From: Mobula hypostoma
Taxonomy: Eukaryota
Assembly: GCF_963921235.1 (NCBI RefSeq)
Contig: NC_086097.1
Location: 237,896,001-237,960,000 of the forward strand
Length of the DNA: 64,000 nucleotides
Direction of reading: 5' to 3'
Shown: positions 24,770 to 38,337 of the stretch, in pieces
How positions within the stretch are numbered: position 1 is the first letter of the stretch
Layout: each line of letters starts with the position of its first letter
Position numbers and translations under genes: made by a program
The notes under the pieces: model-generated
What the model saw: only the letters and a program-made list of their open reading frames with translations
What the model was told of the DNA's origin: nothing
Database searches by the model: none

Positions 24770-25705
24770 CTGAAGATCTATCCAGGGTCCAACATATTCA
24801 TGCAATTATAAAAAAGGCCACAACAACTATATTTCACTAGGAATTTGAGGCAATTTCGTATGTCACCAAAACTCCCGCGAATTTTTATGGATGTACCATG
24901 ATGAGCATTCTAACTGGTTGCATCATCATTTGGTGTGGAGGACCACTGCACCAGATTGGAAAAAGCTGCAGGAAGTTATAAACTCAGCCAGCTGCATTAT
25001 GGGCACGAGCCTCCCCACCACTGAAGATATCTTCAAAAGCAATGCCTTAAGAAGGTAGCATCCATCATGAAGGACCCTGCTCTCTTCTCAACAGGGAGGA
25101 GGTACAGCAGCCTAAAGACACACTCTCAACGTTTTAAAAATCGCTTCCTCCCCTTTGCCACCGGATTTCGGGACCATCTATTAACACCATGAACACAGGT
25201 ACAGAAACAGATATTATCCCCTTCAGCCACCAGGCTGTTGAAGCAAAGGGGATAACTTCACTCAACTTCACATTCCCCGTCACTGAAATGTCCCACAACC
25301 TATGGATTCACTTTCAAGGACTCTTCATCTCATGTTCTTGATATTTATTGCTTATTTATTTATTATTTTTTTTTTCTTTTCAGTTTGGCAGTTTCTTGTT
25401 ATTTGCATATCGGTTGAACACTCAGTTGGTGCAGTCTATCACTGACTCTATTATGGTTGTTATTCTATTCTGGATTTATTGAGCATGCCCACAAGAAAAT
25501 GAATCTCAGGGTTGTTTATGGCAATGTAAATCTACTTTGGTGATAAATTCACTTTGAACTTTGAGCACTAGCTCATTATTTTACTCTTTTTTGCATGACT
25601 TATTTTATATATTCCTAATTGATGATAATTATTTTTTATGTATTGCACTGTGCTATTGCTACATAACAATAAATAATAAAACTGATTCTTATCCTGATTC
25701 TGAAT
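24770..25705 (+). mobile_element. Composite of Rex/Babar-type fragments and 3' tails
   Basis: SILTGCIIIWCG..KKLQEVINSA peptide; two distinct tails (TTTGAACTTTGA near 25560, CTGATTCTGA near 25700). Confidence 0.7.
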
Positions 25706-25749
25706 AATGAGTTCATGATGTAAATTACAACAGAAGCAGAAAACAGAGC

Positions 25750-26253
25750 CCCTCCACTCCATCTACCTAAAGCGGAACTTCCCATCGGCCAAACATCTTA
25801 GTTCCGAATCCCTTATGCCAAGATGAGGGCACCCTCAGTGTGGAGGAGCAACACTTTATATTCCGTCTGTGTAGCCTCCAAACTGATGGCATGAATATTA
25901 AAGTTTCCTTCCATTAAAAATAAATTGCCTTCTCCTCCCCTCTTCATCTATTACCTCTTCTCACCTGCTTATTACCTTCCCCTGAGTCCTCTCCTCCTTC
26001 CCTTTTCCTATGCTTCACTCTCCTCTCCTATCAGATTCCTTCTCCTCCAGCCCTTCACCTTTCCCACCCACCTAACTTCACCTATCACCTTCAAGCTATC
26101 GACCTCCCACCTTTTTATTCTGCCGTCTTCCCCCTTCTTTCCCAGTCTTGAACGAAGGTCTCAGACCGAAAAGTTGAGATGCTGCCAGACCTGCTGAGTT
26201 CCTCCAGCATTTTGGGTGTGTGTTGCTTTGGGTTTCCAGACTTTCTTGTGTTT
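25750..26253 (+). mobile_element. Penelope-like element 3' end, decayed
   Basis: VEEQHFIFRLCSLQTDGMNI peptide, CT-rich tract, decayed hammerhead near 26143-26177, pLTR CTGCTGAGTTCCTCCAGCATTTTG. Confidence 0.75.
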
Positions 26254-26849
26254 AGGAAATAACAGACTTTTGCATAACCTCAATTTTCATTCCAAGCATA
26301 CAAACATCCCCTGCATATTGTATCCACAGTAGCAACTTGCGTATTTCCTTCTCACATGATTATAATTGTTCATCTAAGGACTCAACTAACACTATGTTCC
26401 TCGCTCCCAACACCAGTCATTTGTCTTCCAATAATTTGTTTTTCTACTCCATTTCTCAACATTTGGCAAACATGAATCTCGCTGCACATTCATTTTCCAT
26501 TTTCCATGGCCACTCACTAATAGTTCCCTTCACTTTCTGCTCGAAACCAATAGTGCAGAAATATGAGGGAAGGGAGCAAGCGAGGGGGAGGAACATTAGA
26601 ATCCAGGGTCTAATTCATCTGGAGAAGAGATAGGAACCCAGCACTGCCGCTGATGTGGCTGATAATTTATCTAGAGTTGGAAGTCTACTTATGACTTACA
26701 GTCCCTCAGGTCCCTCAAATAGTAACCGAACTGATCAATTCAATTTTATTATCAAGTCTGCCACTTCTGTCAACTGTCCAGCTGATCAGTGCAGGTACTA
26801 ATATGCAGGATTGTATTTTTCTGTTCTCCCAGAATGATTTTCTCCCATT

Positions 26850-27565
26850 CTCAGGTGCACGGCAGAGAGCACTTTGGCTGGTTGCATCACAGCCCCAACA
26901 GGAAGCGCCAAAGCACAGGATCGCAATAGGCTGCAGAGGGTTCTAGGTTCATCACAGGCACGACCATCTCCGCTGTCGGGGGCAACGTCATGAGATGGCG
27001 CCTCAGGAAGGCAGCATCCATCATTAAGGATCCACACCATCTGGGACATTTCTTCTTGTTACTACGATCAGAGACAAAGTACAGGAGCCTGAAGGCCTAC
27101 ATTCAATGATACAGAAACATCTTCCCCCCACCCCACCATCAGATTTCTGAACGGTCAATGAGTCGATGGACACCACCTCGTTGTTCCTTCATTTATGATA
27201 AAATATTTGTTTATCTCATTGCACCAACCTGCTGGCACAAAACAACAAACTTAATGTCATAAAAACGATGAAGTCTACAGATGCTGGAAATCCAAAGCAA
27301 CACACACACACGCGCGCACACACAATTGCGGAGGAACTCAGCAGATCAGGCAGCATCTATAGAGAGGAATAAAGAGTTGATATTTCTGACTGATATCCTT
27401 CATCAGAAGTGAAACATTGATTCTTTATTCCTTTCCATAGATGCTGCCTGACCAGCTGAGTTCCTGGAAAATTTTGGGTGTATTACCTTGCATTTCCAGC
27501 GTCCACAGAATCTCTTTAAACTTTCATGTTACATAAGACAGTGATAATAAGATGATTCTGATTCC
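26850..27565 (+). mobile_element. Rex/Babar-type 3' fragment interrupted by a palindromic PLE
   Basis: ESTLAGCITA..AQDRNRLQRV and RKAASIIKDPHH peptides; the tail resumes after 27517. Confidence 0.7.
27262..27517. mobile_element. Palindromic PLE mini-element
   Basis: Inverted arms GAACTCAGCAGATCAGGCAGCATCTAT / ATAGATGCTGCCTGACCAGCTGAGTTC; minus-strand CTGATGA..GAAATATC at 27375-27408. Confidence 0.75.
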
Positions 27566-27589
27566 TTCTCAGCAGTGAAGCCATAAAAT

Positions 27590-30515
27590 AACATTGGCTG
27601 ATCAACTTAAAACCTTTAGAGCTAAACAACAGATTAAAGAAATATGCAAAGCTAACGGTGATAGGACAACTGATTATTTAGAAATAAATGATACTCTCAG
27701 AGAATTTTACTCTAAACTTTATAGCTTTGAATCTAAGGATGATACTGTAATGAAAAATTTTTAAATCAACTAAATATTCCTACAATTTCTGCCAGCAACA
27801 GAAAGTTGTTGGAACAACCTATTTCTTTTGAGGAAATTGTTGAGGCTGTGCACTCATTACGTTTGAGGAAAGCTCTGGGTTCAGATGGATTTTGTGGAAA
27901 ATTTTACAAGACCTTTTCCTCGCTGCTTATACCTCAGTTATGTTCAGTTTTTTTCGGATTCACTTAAGTCAGGCAGACTTCCTCAATCGTTTTATGAGGC
28001 TTCCATTTTGCTCATTCTTAAAAAGAATAAGGATCCAACTGAATGCTCTTCTTATAGACCAATTTCTTTACTTAATGTTGATGCTGTGTACGTACATCTA
28101 TTGATGCTTCGAGATCTTATCTAAAGTTTTACCCCACAGGGTTGAAAATATTTCACCATCTGTCATTTCTGATAACCAAACCAGATTTATCAAAAATCAA
28201 TATTCTCACTTTAATATTTGCCGTTTATTAAATGTTACTTATTCTTCTGACATGGTATCGGAATATGTGGTATCCCTAGATGCCGAGAAAGCTTTCGACA
28301 GAGTTGAATGGAATGATTTATTTAAAATTTTAGGAACATTTAATTTTGGACCTGTTTTCATTCAATGGATTAAATTACTTATTTAACCCCTTCTGCTAGG
28401 GTTATCACTAATTTTCATAACTCCAAACCATTGAAGCTTCAACGTGGCACTAGACAAGGTTGTCCATTGAGCCTTTAGCTTTTTGAACTGGCCTAAGAAC
28501 CTTTAGCCATTGCTTTTCGAGAATCTAATGATATCACCGGTATTTTAAGGAGAGACAGTTTCATAAAGTCTCGTTGTATGCTGATGATTTGCTGCTATTT
28601 ATTTCTAATGTTGAGACTTCATTACCCCATGTGCTTTCTTTACTCTCCTGTTTCAGACAGTTTTCAGGTTATAAATTAAACCTACATAAAAGTGAACTTT
28701 TCCCTTTGAACAAATAAATTCCAGTACCAATAAATTCTAACTTTCCTTTAAAAATTGTAAGAAATCAATTTACCTATTTAGGTATAACAATCACTAAAAA
28801 TTATGTGTCTATTTAAAGAAAATTTTCTTACTCTATTGAATCATGTAAAAAGAATACTATCAAATTGGTCGCCTCTTTCGTTATCGTTAATTGGTCAAAT
28901 TAACTCTATCAAAATGAATATATTACCTAAATTTATACATCTTTTTCAGGCATTGCCGGTTTTTATTCCTAAATCCTTTTTTGATTCTCTGGACTCTATT
29001 ATATCTTCTTATATATGGAAGAATAAGCATTCTAGATTAAATAAAATTCATCTTCAGAAACATAAAAAGAATGGAGGATTAGCCTTATTAAACTTTAGAT
29101 TTTATTATTGGGCAGTTAATATAAGAAACCTTGCATTTTGTTTATATTATATAAATCGTGAGGGTTGCCCGATGTGGGTTTTTTAAGAAGCTAATTCTGC
29201 TAATTCTGTTAATAAATTCTCTATTATTTCTCTTCTTGGATCCTCACTTCCTTTGTCTTTGAGTAAGTTAACTGATAATCTGGTAGTTAAACACACTATG
29301 AGGATTTGGATACAATTCCGAAAATATTTTGGCTTATTGAGATTTTCTCTTTCGTGTCCCATTTTTCCTAATTATTTTTTTTTAAGCGCTCTATGATTGA
29401 TGTGGTTTTTAAAGAATGGGTAGATTAGGTATTAAGTGCTTTCAGGACTTGTTTGTAGAGCAAAGTCGTTTCTCGTTTGAACAATTGTCAACTAAATATT
29501 GTTTACTCAAAATGCATTTTTTCGATATCTACAAATAAGAGATTTTTTACGGTCTCAAATAAGTACATTTCCTAAAAGTCCTGATAAGAATCTACCAGGT
29601 GTAATCATTAATCTGAAACCTTTTTATAATGGATCTATATCTAATAGTTATAATATGCTGTTGGGAACGAGAAGTGTTCCTTTAGATAAAATTAAAAATC
29701 TTTGGGAACAAGATTTACAGACTTCAATTTCTGAGGAAACTTGGAATCAAATTTTTAAATTGGTCAACATTTCATCGTTATGTGCTCCTCACTCTCTCCT
29801 TCAATTTAAAGTGGTCAATAGGGCCTATATGACTAAGGATAAGTTATCTTGTTTTTATTTAGATATAGCTCCATATTGCGATAAATGTAATAATGGAGAA
29901 GCTTCACTCATTCATATATTTCGGAATATTATATCATAATATTGGAAAGAAGCATTTCAAACCTTTTCGATACTTTTTAAAGTAAATTTCAAGCTTAATT
30001 CTTTGACTGCTTTATTTGGTATTGTTGGAGGAAAGGATATTATTTTGAAGCCACCTGATTTGCACATTTTGGGTTTTACGTCTCTTATGGCCAGAAGGAC
30101 GCTTTTGCTTAAATGGAAAGATATGGCCCCTCCTATTCATGCCCAATGGTTACGTGATGTGATGTCATATTTAATTTTAGAGAAGATTCGATGTTCTATC
30201 TTTGAATCTAATCAAGACTTTCAAACATTGTGGGGACCCTTTCTGAATTACTTCAAAACCTTTGATTTGCTGTTAAAGCACAGGTGATGACTAACAATCT
30301 TTTTACTTTTTTTTCTACTAATCAGCTTCGGTCTTAGTAGTGGGTTCGATTTTTTTTATATAATAAAATTATTATTTTTCTATGTTACGAACTAATTGAG
30401 TTATACGAATATAGGGTAAAGAGTCTTCATATGTGATTTATTTTAATGTATTGACATTTTTTTCCTGTACTCTGTATTCTTATATAAATTAATAAAAATA
30501 TTAGAAAAGAAAGAA
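27590..30515 (+). mobile_element. L1 LINE, 5'-truncated, decayed ORF2
   Basis: YRPISLLNVD, SLDAEKAFDRVEW, RGTRQGCPLS, LYADD, SGYKLNLHKS, KMNILPKF, GGLAL and CDKC..SLIH motifs; AATAAA plus A-rich tail near 30490-30515. Confidence 0.9.
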
Positions 30516-30959
30516 GGATAATCTTACTCTTCCAATGGCTTCATCCTTCACAGGGTAAACAAGACAGTCACCCCGAGAGCTCTAAACATCGCAAATCAGT
30601 GAAAAATGTTTTGGTTGAGACTTTTTTTTGCTTTGCTAGATGGGCTATGGCCTAGGTGTGATGGAGAAATTCTTTGCCTCATCAGGTAATGAAATTGATG
30701 CCGTAGATTATAAGTAGCATCTAATTTCCACCTTATCCTGATGTTGTTTTATATAGTGTGCGTAATCTGAAATTCATCTTGCTGTGGGGTGATGTTAAGG
30801 CACCTATTTGCAGTTATTTATTTTCATACCATTTTAAGTTACTGAAAATGATTTGAAAGTATTCAGAAAATATCTCTTACAACATTACCAAAATTCTAAT
30901 TCTTTTCAAATGCCCTTGGACACAAATGATCTAATTCTTCAGAAATATACATAAAGAAT

Positions 30960-31035
30960 TCCACAGGCAAGGCAGCATATTTGAAGAGTAATGAACAGTC
31001 AACATTTTGTGATGAGACCCTTCAACAGGGCTGTT
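30960..31035 (-). mobile_element. Old PLE terminus remnant
   Basis: GGCAGCAT..CAGTCAACATTTTGTGATGAGACCCTTCAACAGG matches the other pLTR/hammerhead copies. Confidence 0.55.
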
Positions 31036-31957
31036 GCAGAATGCAGAAGCCAGAACAAGAAGGGGGAAAAAGCCAGAAAAAAAAGTGTACGGAGGGTTTT
31101 GCAAAAGACAATAGCGAATTGTAATTGATAATAATAAACATCCTGCATGAGAGGTTGGTCAAGAAGGTTCAGTTTCTCGGCATTCAAGATAAGGTAGTAA
31201 ATTGAATTAGACATTGGCTTTGTGGGAGAAGCTAGAGAGTGGTAGTAGATGGTTGCCTGTCTGACTGGAGGCCTGTGATAGTGGAGTGTTGCAAGGATCA
31301 GTGCTGGGTCCATTGTTTCTTGTTATATGCATCAAAGATCTGGATGATAATATGGTTAAATGGACCAGCAAGTTAGTGGATCACACCAAGATTGAGGGTG
31401 TAGTGGACAATGAGGAAGACTATCATGGCTTGCAGCAGATCTGGACCAGCTGGAAAATGGGCTGAAAGATAGCAGTTCGAATGTAATGCCAACAAGTGCA
31501 AGGTGTCGCACTTCAGTAGAATCAAGCAGGATAGGACTGACACAGTGAGCAGCAGGGCACTGAGGAGTGCTGTAGAACAAAGGGACCTGGGAATACAGGT
31601 CTATAATTTGTAGTACATGGTGTCACAGGTAGATAGGGTCGTAAAGAAAGCATTTGGTTCATTGACCTTCATAAATCAAAGTATTGAGTACAGGAGATGG
31701 TATTTTATCTTGAAATTATACAAAATGTTAGTGAGGCCGAATTTAGAGTATTGTGTGCAGTTTTGCTCACCTACCTACAGGAGAAATATAAATAGATTGA
31801 ATGACCACAGAGAAAATTTACACGGACGTTGTGGGGACTGAAGGTCCTGAGTTATAAGGAAAGTTTTAATATGTTAGCACTTTATTCCTAGGAACATGGG
31901 AGATTGGGGGGAGATTTGATAGAGGTATACAAAATTATGAGGGTTATAGATAAAGTA

Positions 31958-33755
31958 CAGAGGCAAGCAAAAGTTTGGGCACCCCGGTCAAAATTTCTGT
32001 TACTGTGAATAGCTAATGGAGTAAAAGATGAACTGATTTCCAAAAGCATAAAGTTAAAGATGACACATTTCTTTAATATTTTAAGCAAGAAAACGTTTTA
32101 TATCCATCTTTTACAGTTTCAAAATAACATAAAAGGAAAAGGGCCTGAAGCAAAAGTTTGGGCACCCTGCATGGCAGTACTTAGCAACACCCCTTTTGGC
32201 AAGTATCACACCTTGTAAATGCTTTCTGTAGCCAGCTAAAAATCTTTCAACTCTTGTTTTGGGGATTTATGCCCATTCTTCCTTGCAAAAGTCTTCTAGT
32301 TCTGTGAGACCCTTGGGCCATCTAGCATGTAGTGCTTTTTTGAGGTCTATCCACAGATTCTCGATGATGTTTAGGTCAGGGGACTGTGAGGGTCATGGCA
32401 AAACCTTCAGCTTGCGCCTCTTGAGGTAGTCCATTGTGCATTTTGAGGTGTGTTTAGATTTATTATCCTGTTATAGAAGCTATCCTCTTTTCATCTTCGG
32501 CTTTTTTACAGACGGTGTGATGTTTGCTTTCAGAATTTGCTGGTATTTAATTGAATTCATTCTTCCCTCTACCAGTAGATGTTCCCTGTGCCATTGGTTG
32601 CAACACAAGCCCAAAGCGTGGTCGATTCACCCTCGTGCTTAACAGTTGGAGAGGGGTTCTTTTCATGAAATTCTGCACCCTTTTTCCTCCAAACATACCT
32701 TTGCTCGTTGCGGCCATAAAGTTCTATTTTAACTACATCAGTCCACAGGACTTGTTACCAAAATGCATCAGGCTTGTTTAGATAACACATATAAAAAGCG
32801 CTGGTGAACGCAGCAGGCCAGGCAGCATCTATAGGAAGAGGTACAGTCGACGTTTTGGGTCTCAGCCATAGATGCTGCTTGGCCTGCTACGTTCACCAGC
32901 ATTTTTTAATGTGTGTTGCTTGAAATTACAGCATCTGCAGATTTCCTTGGGTTGAGGCCTGTTTAGATGTTCCTTTGAGCCTCTTGAATAGAATTTTTTG
33001 GCTGCAATGAGCAAAGGTATGTTTGGAGAAAAAAGGGTGCAGAATTTCATGAAAAGAACCCCTCTCCAACTGTTAATCATGGGGGTGGATCGATCATGCT
33101 TTGGGCTTGTGTTGCAGCCAATGGCACAGGGAATATTTACTGGTAGAGGGAAGAAGGAATTCAATTAAATATCAGCAAATTCTGGAAGCAAACATCACAC
33201 TGTCCGTAAAAAAGCCGAAGATGAAAAGAGGATAGCTTCTACAACAGGATAATGAACTTAAACACCCCTCAAAATGCACAATGGACTACCTCAAGAGGCG
33301 CAAGCTGAAGGTTTTGCCATGGCCCTCACAGCCCCCTGACCCAAACATCATTGAGAATCTGTGGATAGACCTCAAAAGAGCAGTGCATGCAAGACGGCCC
33401 AAGAATCTCACAGAACTAGAAGCCTCTTGCAAGGAAGAATGAGCTGAAATCCCAAACAAGAATTGAAAGACTCTTAGCTGGCTACAGAAAGCGTTTACAA
33501 GGTGTGATACTTGCCAAAGGGGGTGTTGCTAAGTAATGCCATGCAGGTTGCTCAAACTTTTGCTTCAGGCCCTTATTTTTTGTTATTTTGAAACTGTAAA
33601 AGATGGAAATAAAAAAGTTTTCTTGCTTAAAATATTAAAGCAATGTGTCATCTTTAACTTTATGCCTTTTGGAAATCAGTTCATCTTTTACTTGCTTAGC
33701 TATTCACAATAGCAGAAATTTTGACTAGGGGTGACCAAATGTTTGTATGCCACTG
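31958..33755. mobile_element. Fold-back (palindromic) Tc1 DD34E non-autonomous transposon
   Basis: TA TSD at 31956-57 and 33756-57; termini CAG(A/T)GGCA; inner repeat GCAAAAGTTTGGGCACCC near 32150; arms of about 770 bp are inverted copies of the transposase 3' half; QQDN..NIIENLW with 34 residues between D and E. Confidence 0.92.
32784..32954. mobile_element. Palindromic PLE mini-element inside the Tc1
   Basis: TSD AGGCTTGTTTAGAT (32770-32783) / AGGCCTGTTTAGAT (32955-32968); inverted arms with a one-sided extension of about 35 nt; same subfamily as 19001-19100. Confidence 0.85.
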
Positions 33756-34411
33756 TAAATGCAAACAGGCTTTTTACACTGAGGTTGGGTGGGTTTACAA
33801 CTAGAGGTCATAGGTTATGGGTGAAAGGTAAAATGTTTAAGGGAAATGAGGGGAAACTTCTTCATTCAGAAGTCAAGAGAGTGTGGAATGAGCTGTCAGT
33901 GCAAGTGGTGCAGGCAAGCTCGATTTCAACGTTTAAGAGAAGTTTGGAGAGGTACATGGATTGGAGGGTTATGGTCCTGGTGCAGGTCAATAGGATAGGC
34001 AGAATAAATGGTTTGGCAAGGACCAGACAGGCCAAAGGGCCTGTTTCTGTCCTGTACTTTTCTATAACTCTATGACCATGACTCTGTAATTTCTAAGGAT
34101 GTGAACTCGAATTGGAATGCATCCAGTTTTTCAGATAGGGACCACATCAAAGAGGGTAAGAAGAAACTGGACTGTGTATCGACATCGTCCTGTGCTCTTT
34201 GTTTGGCATTCAAATTCACTGAAAGGTAGAACAATTCGGAAAATCAAGGGATAGCTCTAATTTAAAGAATGAGAGATCAGTCATTTCCTTTCCGTTACTT
34301 TCAATGGAAAGACAAAGCAAAAGTTTCATAAATGTAGTTTTATCTTACATTTCTCCAATGATGACTAATTGGACAAAAAGATAACCTCCGTGGAAGTTCT
34401 GCAGTACATAA

Positions 34412-35880
34412 GGACACACTAGCAGTATGGTCAAGTTCCAGGTGTCGGGGGTCATGAAGTGTGTGCAGTTATCATGACTAGAGAGGAGGTTCTAGCAAAA
34501 CTGAAAGGACTGAAAGTAGATGAGTCAACTGGACTCAATGGTGTACACCTCTGGGTTATTAAGGAGGTGGCTGAATACAGTGCGGAGGCATTAGTAATGC
34601 TCTTTCAAGAATCATTAGATTCTGGGGTGGTTCTCAAAGAAAGGAAAACTGCAAATGTCACTGCACTCTTCAAGAAGGGAGAGGAAAGGAAACTGTAGGC
34701 CAGTTAGTCTGATCTCAGTGACTGGGAAAATGATAGAGTCAACTATTAAGGATGAAGTCTCAGGGAACTTGGAGGCACATAATAAAATGGGTCATAGTCA
34801 GCATGGTTTCCTTGAGGGAGAATCTTGCCTGTTCAAATCTGTTGGAATTCTTTGCAGAAATAGCAAGCAGGTTAGACAAAGGAAAATTGGTTGATATTAT
34901 GTACTTGGATTTTCAGAAGGCCTTTGACAGGATGCCACACATGAGGCTGCTTAACAAACTACAAGCCCATGGTATTACAGGAAAGATTGTAGCATTGATA
35001 AAGCAATGGCTGATTGGCAGGAGACAAAGAGTGAGGATAAAGGGAGCCTTTTCCGGTTGGCTGCCAGTGATTAGTGGTTTTCTGCAGGGATCTGTGTTGG
35101 GACCAATTCTTTTTACATTATATTGTATGTCAATGATTTGGATAATGGAATTGATGGCAATGTTGCAAAGTTTGCAGATGATATGAAGGTAGATGAAGGG
35201 GCAGGTAGTTTGAGGAAATAGAGAGGCTACAGAGGACATAGACATATTAGTAGAATGGGCAAAGAAGTGGAATACAGCACTGGAAAATGTATGGTCATGC
35301 ACTTTGGTAGAAGAAATGAAAGGTTTGACTATTTTCTAAATGGAGAGAAAATTCAAAAAACTGATGCACAAAGGGATTTGGGAGTTCTTGGGCAGGACTT
35401 ACTAAAGGTTAATTTTCAGGTTGAGTCTGTGGTGATGAAGATAAATGCAATGTTAGTATTGATTTCAAGACTACTAGTACATAAGAGCAAGGAAATAATG
35501 TTGAGACTTTAGAAAGCACTGGTGAAACCTCACTTGGAGTATTGCAAGCAATTTTGGACCCTTTTTCTCAGAAAGGGTGCACTGAAACCGGCGAGGGTTC
35601 AAAAGAGGTTCACGAAAATAATTCCAGGATTGAATGGCTTGTCATATGAAGTGTTTGATGGTTCTGGGCCTGTATTCACTGGAATTTAGAAGAATGAGGG
35701 GGTGACCTCATTGAAACCTATTGAATGGTGAAAAGTCTTGATAGGATAGGTGTGGAGAGGATGGTTCCTATGGAGGGAGAATCTAAGATCAAAGGACACA
35801 GCCTCAGAATAGAAGGACATCCTTTTAGAATGGAGATGAAGAGGAATTTCTTTAGCCAGAGAGTTATATTTAAGGCAGAT
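34412..35880 (+). mobile_element. CR1 LINE RT fragment
   Basis: YLDFQKAFDRMPH, QGSVLGP, FADD and AQRDLGV motifs. Confidence 0.9.
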
Positions 35881-36180
35881 TCAATCAGAGGATACTTACT
35901 ATCAAAGTGTGTATGTTACATACAGTCCTGAAATTTGTATTCCACACAGACTGCCACAAAACAAAGACCTAAGAAACTCACTCATTCAAAGATGTAACAT
36001 CAAACCCCCCTTCTCCCCCACACACACAACAAAACAGCACAAATGGCATCAAATAAAAAGCAAAAACACAGAAATAAAAGACAAAATCAAAGGGCATATT
36101 TCAGCTCAGCTCTGTGTTCATTATCTGCAAGCTGCACAGATCCAAAAGTCACCCAAAGTAGCAACAAAAAAGGAGTGAGC
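35878..36180 (-). mobile_element. Non-autonomous retroposon 3' part
   Basis: TACTTACTATCAAAGTGTGTATG..CAGACTGCCACAAAACAAAG resembles 57361-57470. Confidence 0.5.
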
Positions 36181-36982
36181 ATCAGTTAGCAATTTTTTTT
36201 AACAAGTTCATAATTCCTGGATCCGGCCCATCATCTCCTCTTCAAAGCATTTTTCAGATAAGCATTAAGTGCTTGCAATACCAATCCCAACATCTCTGTC
36301 CTATGTATAGATAATAGAGAGAATCCTGTACTTTTTGTCGAACTAATATGTGATTCAGATATTATAATTTGGATCTTTTAACAAGGAAATTATATTTGTT
36401 AGTTGAGAAAAGTTCATGATTTTTGAATTCACAGAGATACAAAGGAGTTGAATTTTTTTGAAAAGGTTCACTGATTACTAACAATCTTGCAAAATACAAG
36501 AGAGCCCTCTATCACTTGAATACATAATGCGTGACTTTGCATTAGAAGCACGTGGACATTGATTCCATTATAATTTAGCAATTGCCCAAAGCTCAGTATC
36601 TCAACCTTTCAGATGACAATAAAGGCAAGGATAACAGTTCATTTGCGGCATTAAAATTGGTTTAAAATTTCTAGAGAATTTTTCCCACTTTTCTTCTTGA
36701 AGATATCACCTGCAGCAGACACAGTAGCAATGGAAAAATTAAATGTTTCAAGCTGGATTGCCTTGACATCTATTATCGCTCTTTTTTAAAATGCACAGAA
36801 AAGGTTCCAGTTTATGACCATAACGTTTACAACATTTTCAAAAATCGTGTTTTTTTATGGCTTATTACTTTTGCATAACACAGTGTATATTGTGGCAGCT
36901 CAAAGCAGCTGAAGGTTGGATTTTTAATCCAAATATTCAAGACTAGACTTCTGTACAGTTATTTATCATATGGTGCAAAATA

Positions 36983-37094
36983 GTCAGAATCAGAATCGGA
37001 TTCAAATTTAATATCACTGCCATATGTTGTGAAATATGTTAACTTTACGGCAGCAGTACAATACATGATAACAGAAAAAAATTGGATTACCATA

Positions 37095-37141
<47 letters not shown>

Positions 37142-37462
37142 TCATATTAAATAGTTAAGCTAAAATAAGGGCAAAAACAGGAATTTAAAAAAGTAGTGAG
37201 GTAGTGTTTGTGGGTTTAATGTCCATTTGGAAATCAGATGTCAGAGGGGAAGAAGCTGTTCCTGAATTATTGAGTGTGTGCGTTCAGGCTTTTTAACCTC
37301 CATATTGATGGTGACAATGGAAAGAGAGCACGTCCTGGGTGGTGGAGATCCTTAAAGATGGATGCTGCCTTTCTGAAGCACTGCTCCTTGAAGATGTCCT
37401 GGATGCTATGGATGCTATGGAAGCTAGTGCCCATGATGGAGCTAACTAATTTTAAAAGCTGC
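36983..37462 (-). mobile_element. Rex/Babar-type 3' fragment
   Basis: ORF 37267-37464 IQDIFKEQCFRKAASIFKDLHHPG; (TCAGAA)n tail. Confidence 0.8.
37096..37141. repeat. Compound (GT)n(AT)n microsatellite
   Basis: Directly visible in the sequence. Confidence 0.95.
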
Positions 37463-37524
37463 ATATTACAGTGAACTTCAGTCTCTGTCCAATTATGTCA
37501 ATTATATTTATATTTTAATTAAAA

Positions 37525-38097
37525 TTATAGATGACGTTTCCTATATTGGAGGAGTCGAGGACCAGAGGGCACAGTCTCAGAATAGAAGGACATCCCTTTA
37601 GAACAGAGATGAGGAAGAATTTCTTTAATCAGAGAGTGGTGAACCTATGGAATTCATTGACACAGATGGATGAGGAGGCCAAGGAGGCCAAGCAATGGAT
37701 ATATTTAAATCAGAGGTCAATAGGTTCTTGATTAGTCAGGGTGTCAAAGGTTTTGAGGAGAAGGCAGGCGAATGGGGTTGAGAGGGACAATAAATCAGGC
37801 ATGATGGAATGGTGAAGAAGACCAGATGGACTGAATGGTGTAATTCTGCTCCTATGTCTTAAGGTCTAATGGATTGTCCTTCACCTTGTCTTCTGGAGCA
37901 ATGTCATAAATTCTTTTTGTTTTAGCCCTTCTGGAAGGCCAAGTTTTTGGGTATATTTAAAACAGGGGTTGATTCGTAGGAGTGTCAGAGGTTGTGAGGA
38001 GAAGACAGGAGAATGGAGTTGAGAGGGATAATAAATCAGGCAGAGCAGACTTGAGAGGATAAATGGTGTAATTCTGCTCTTATGTCCTACGGACTTA
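37525..38097 (+). mobile_element. Two tandem CR1 3' fragments (about 37525-37870 and 37935-38097)
   Basis: ESRTRGHSLRIEGHPFRTEMRKNFF peptide; both end in AATTCTGCTC(C/T)TATGTC. Confidence 0.85.
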
Positions 38098-38102
38098 TTA
38101 GC

Positions 38103-38337
38103 AAATAAGATATTAGTTATAGTCATACTTTATTGATCCCGGGGGAAATTGGTTTTCGTTACAGTTGCACTATAAATAATTAAATAGTAATAATAAAACC
38201 ATAAATATTTAAATAGTAATATGTAAATTATGCCAGGAAATAAGTCCAGGACCAGCCTATTGGCTCAGGGTGTCTGACCCTGCAAGGGAGGAGTTGTAAA
38301 GTTTGATGGCCACAGGCAGGAATAACTTCCTATGACA
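38103..38337 (-). mobile_element. Rex1-like 3' fragment
   Basis: CTTTATTGATCCCGGGGGAAATTG end; minus strand RKLFLPVAIKLYNSS. Confidence 0.65.

Larger units (their letters stand above)
31150..34075 (+). mobile_element. CR1 LINE fragment split by a Tc1 derivative
   Basis: QGSVLGP and LVRPNLEYCVQF motifs; host reads GATAAAGTA|..|TAAATGCAAACAGG across the insertion; (CTATGA)-type tail near 34075. Confidence 0.88.
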
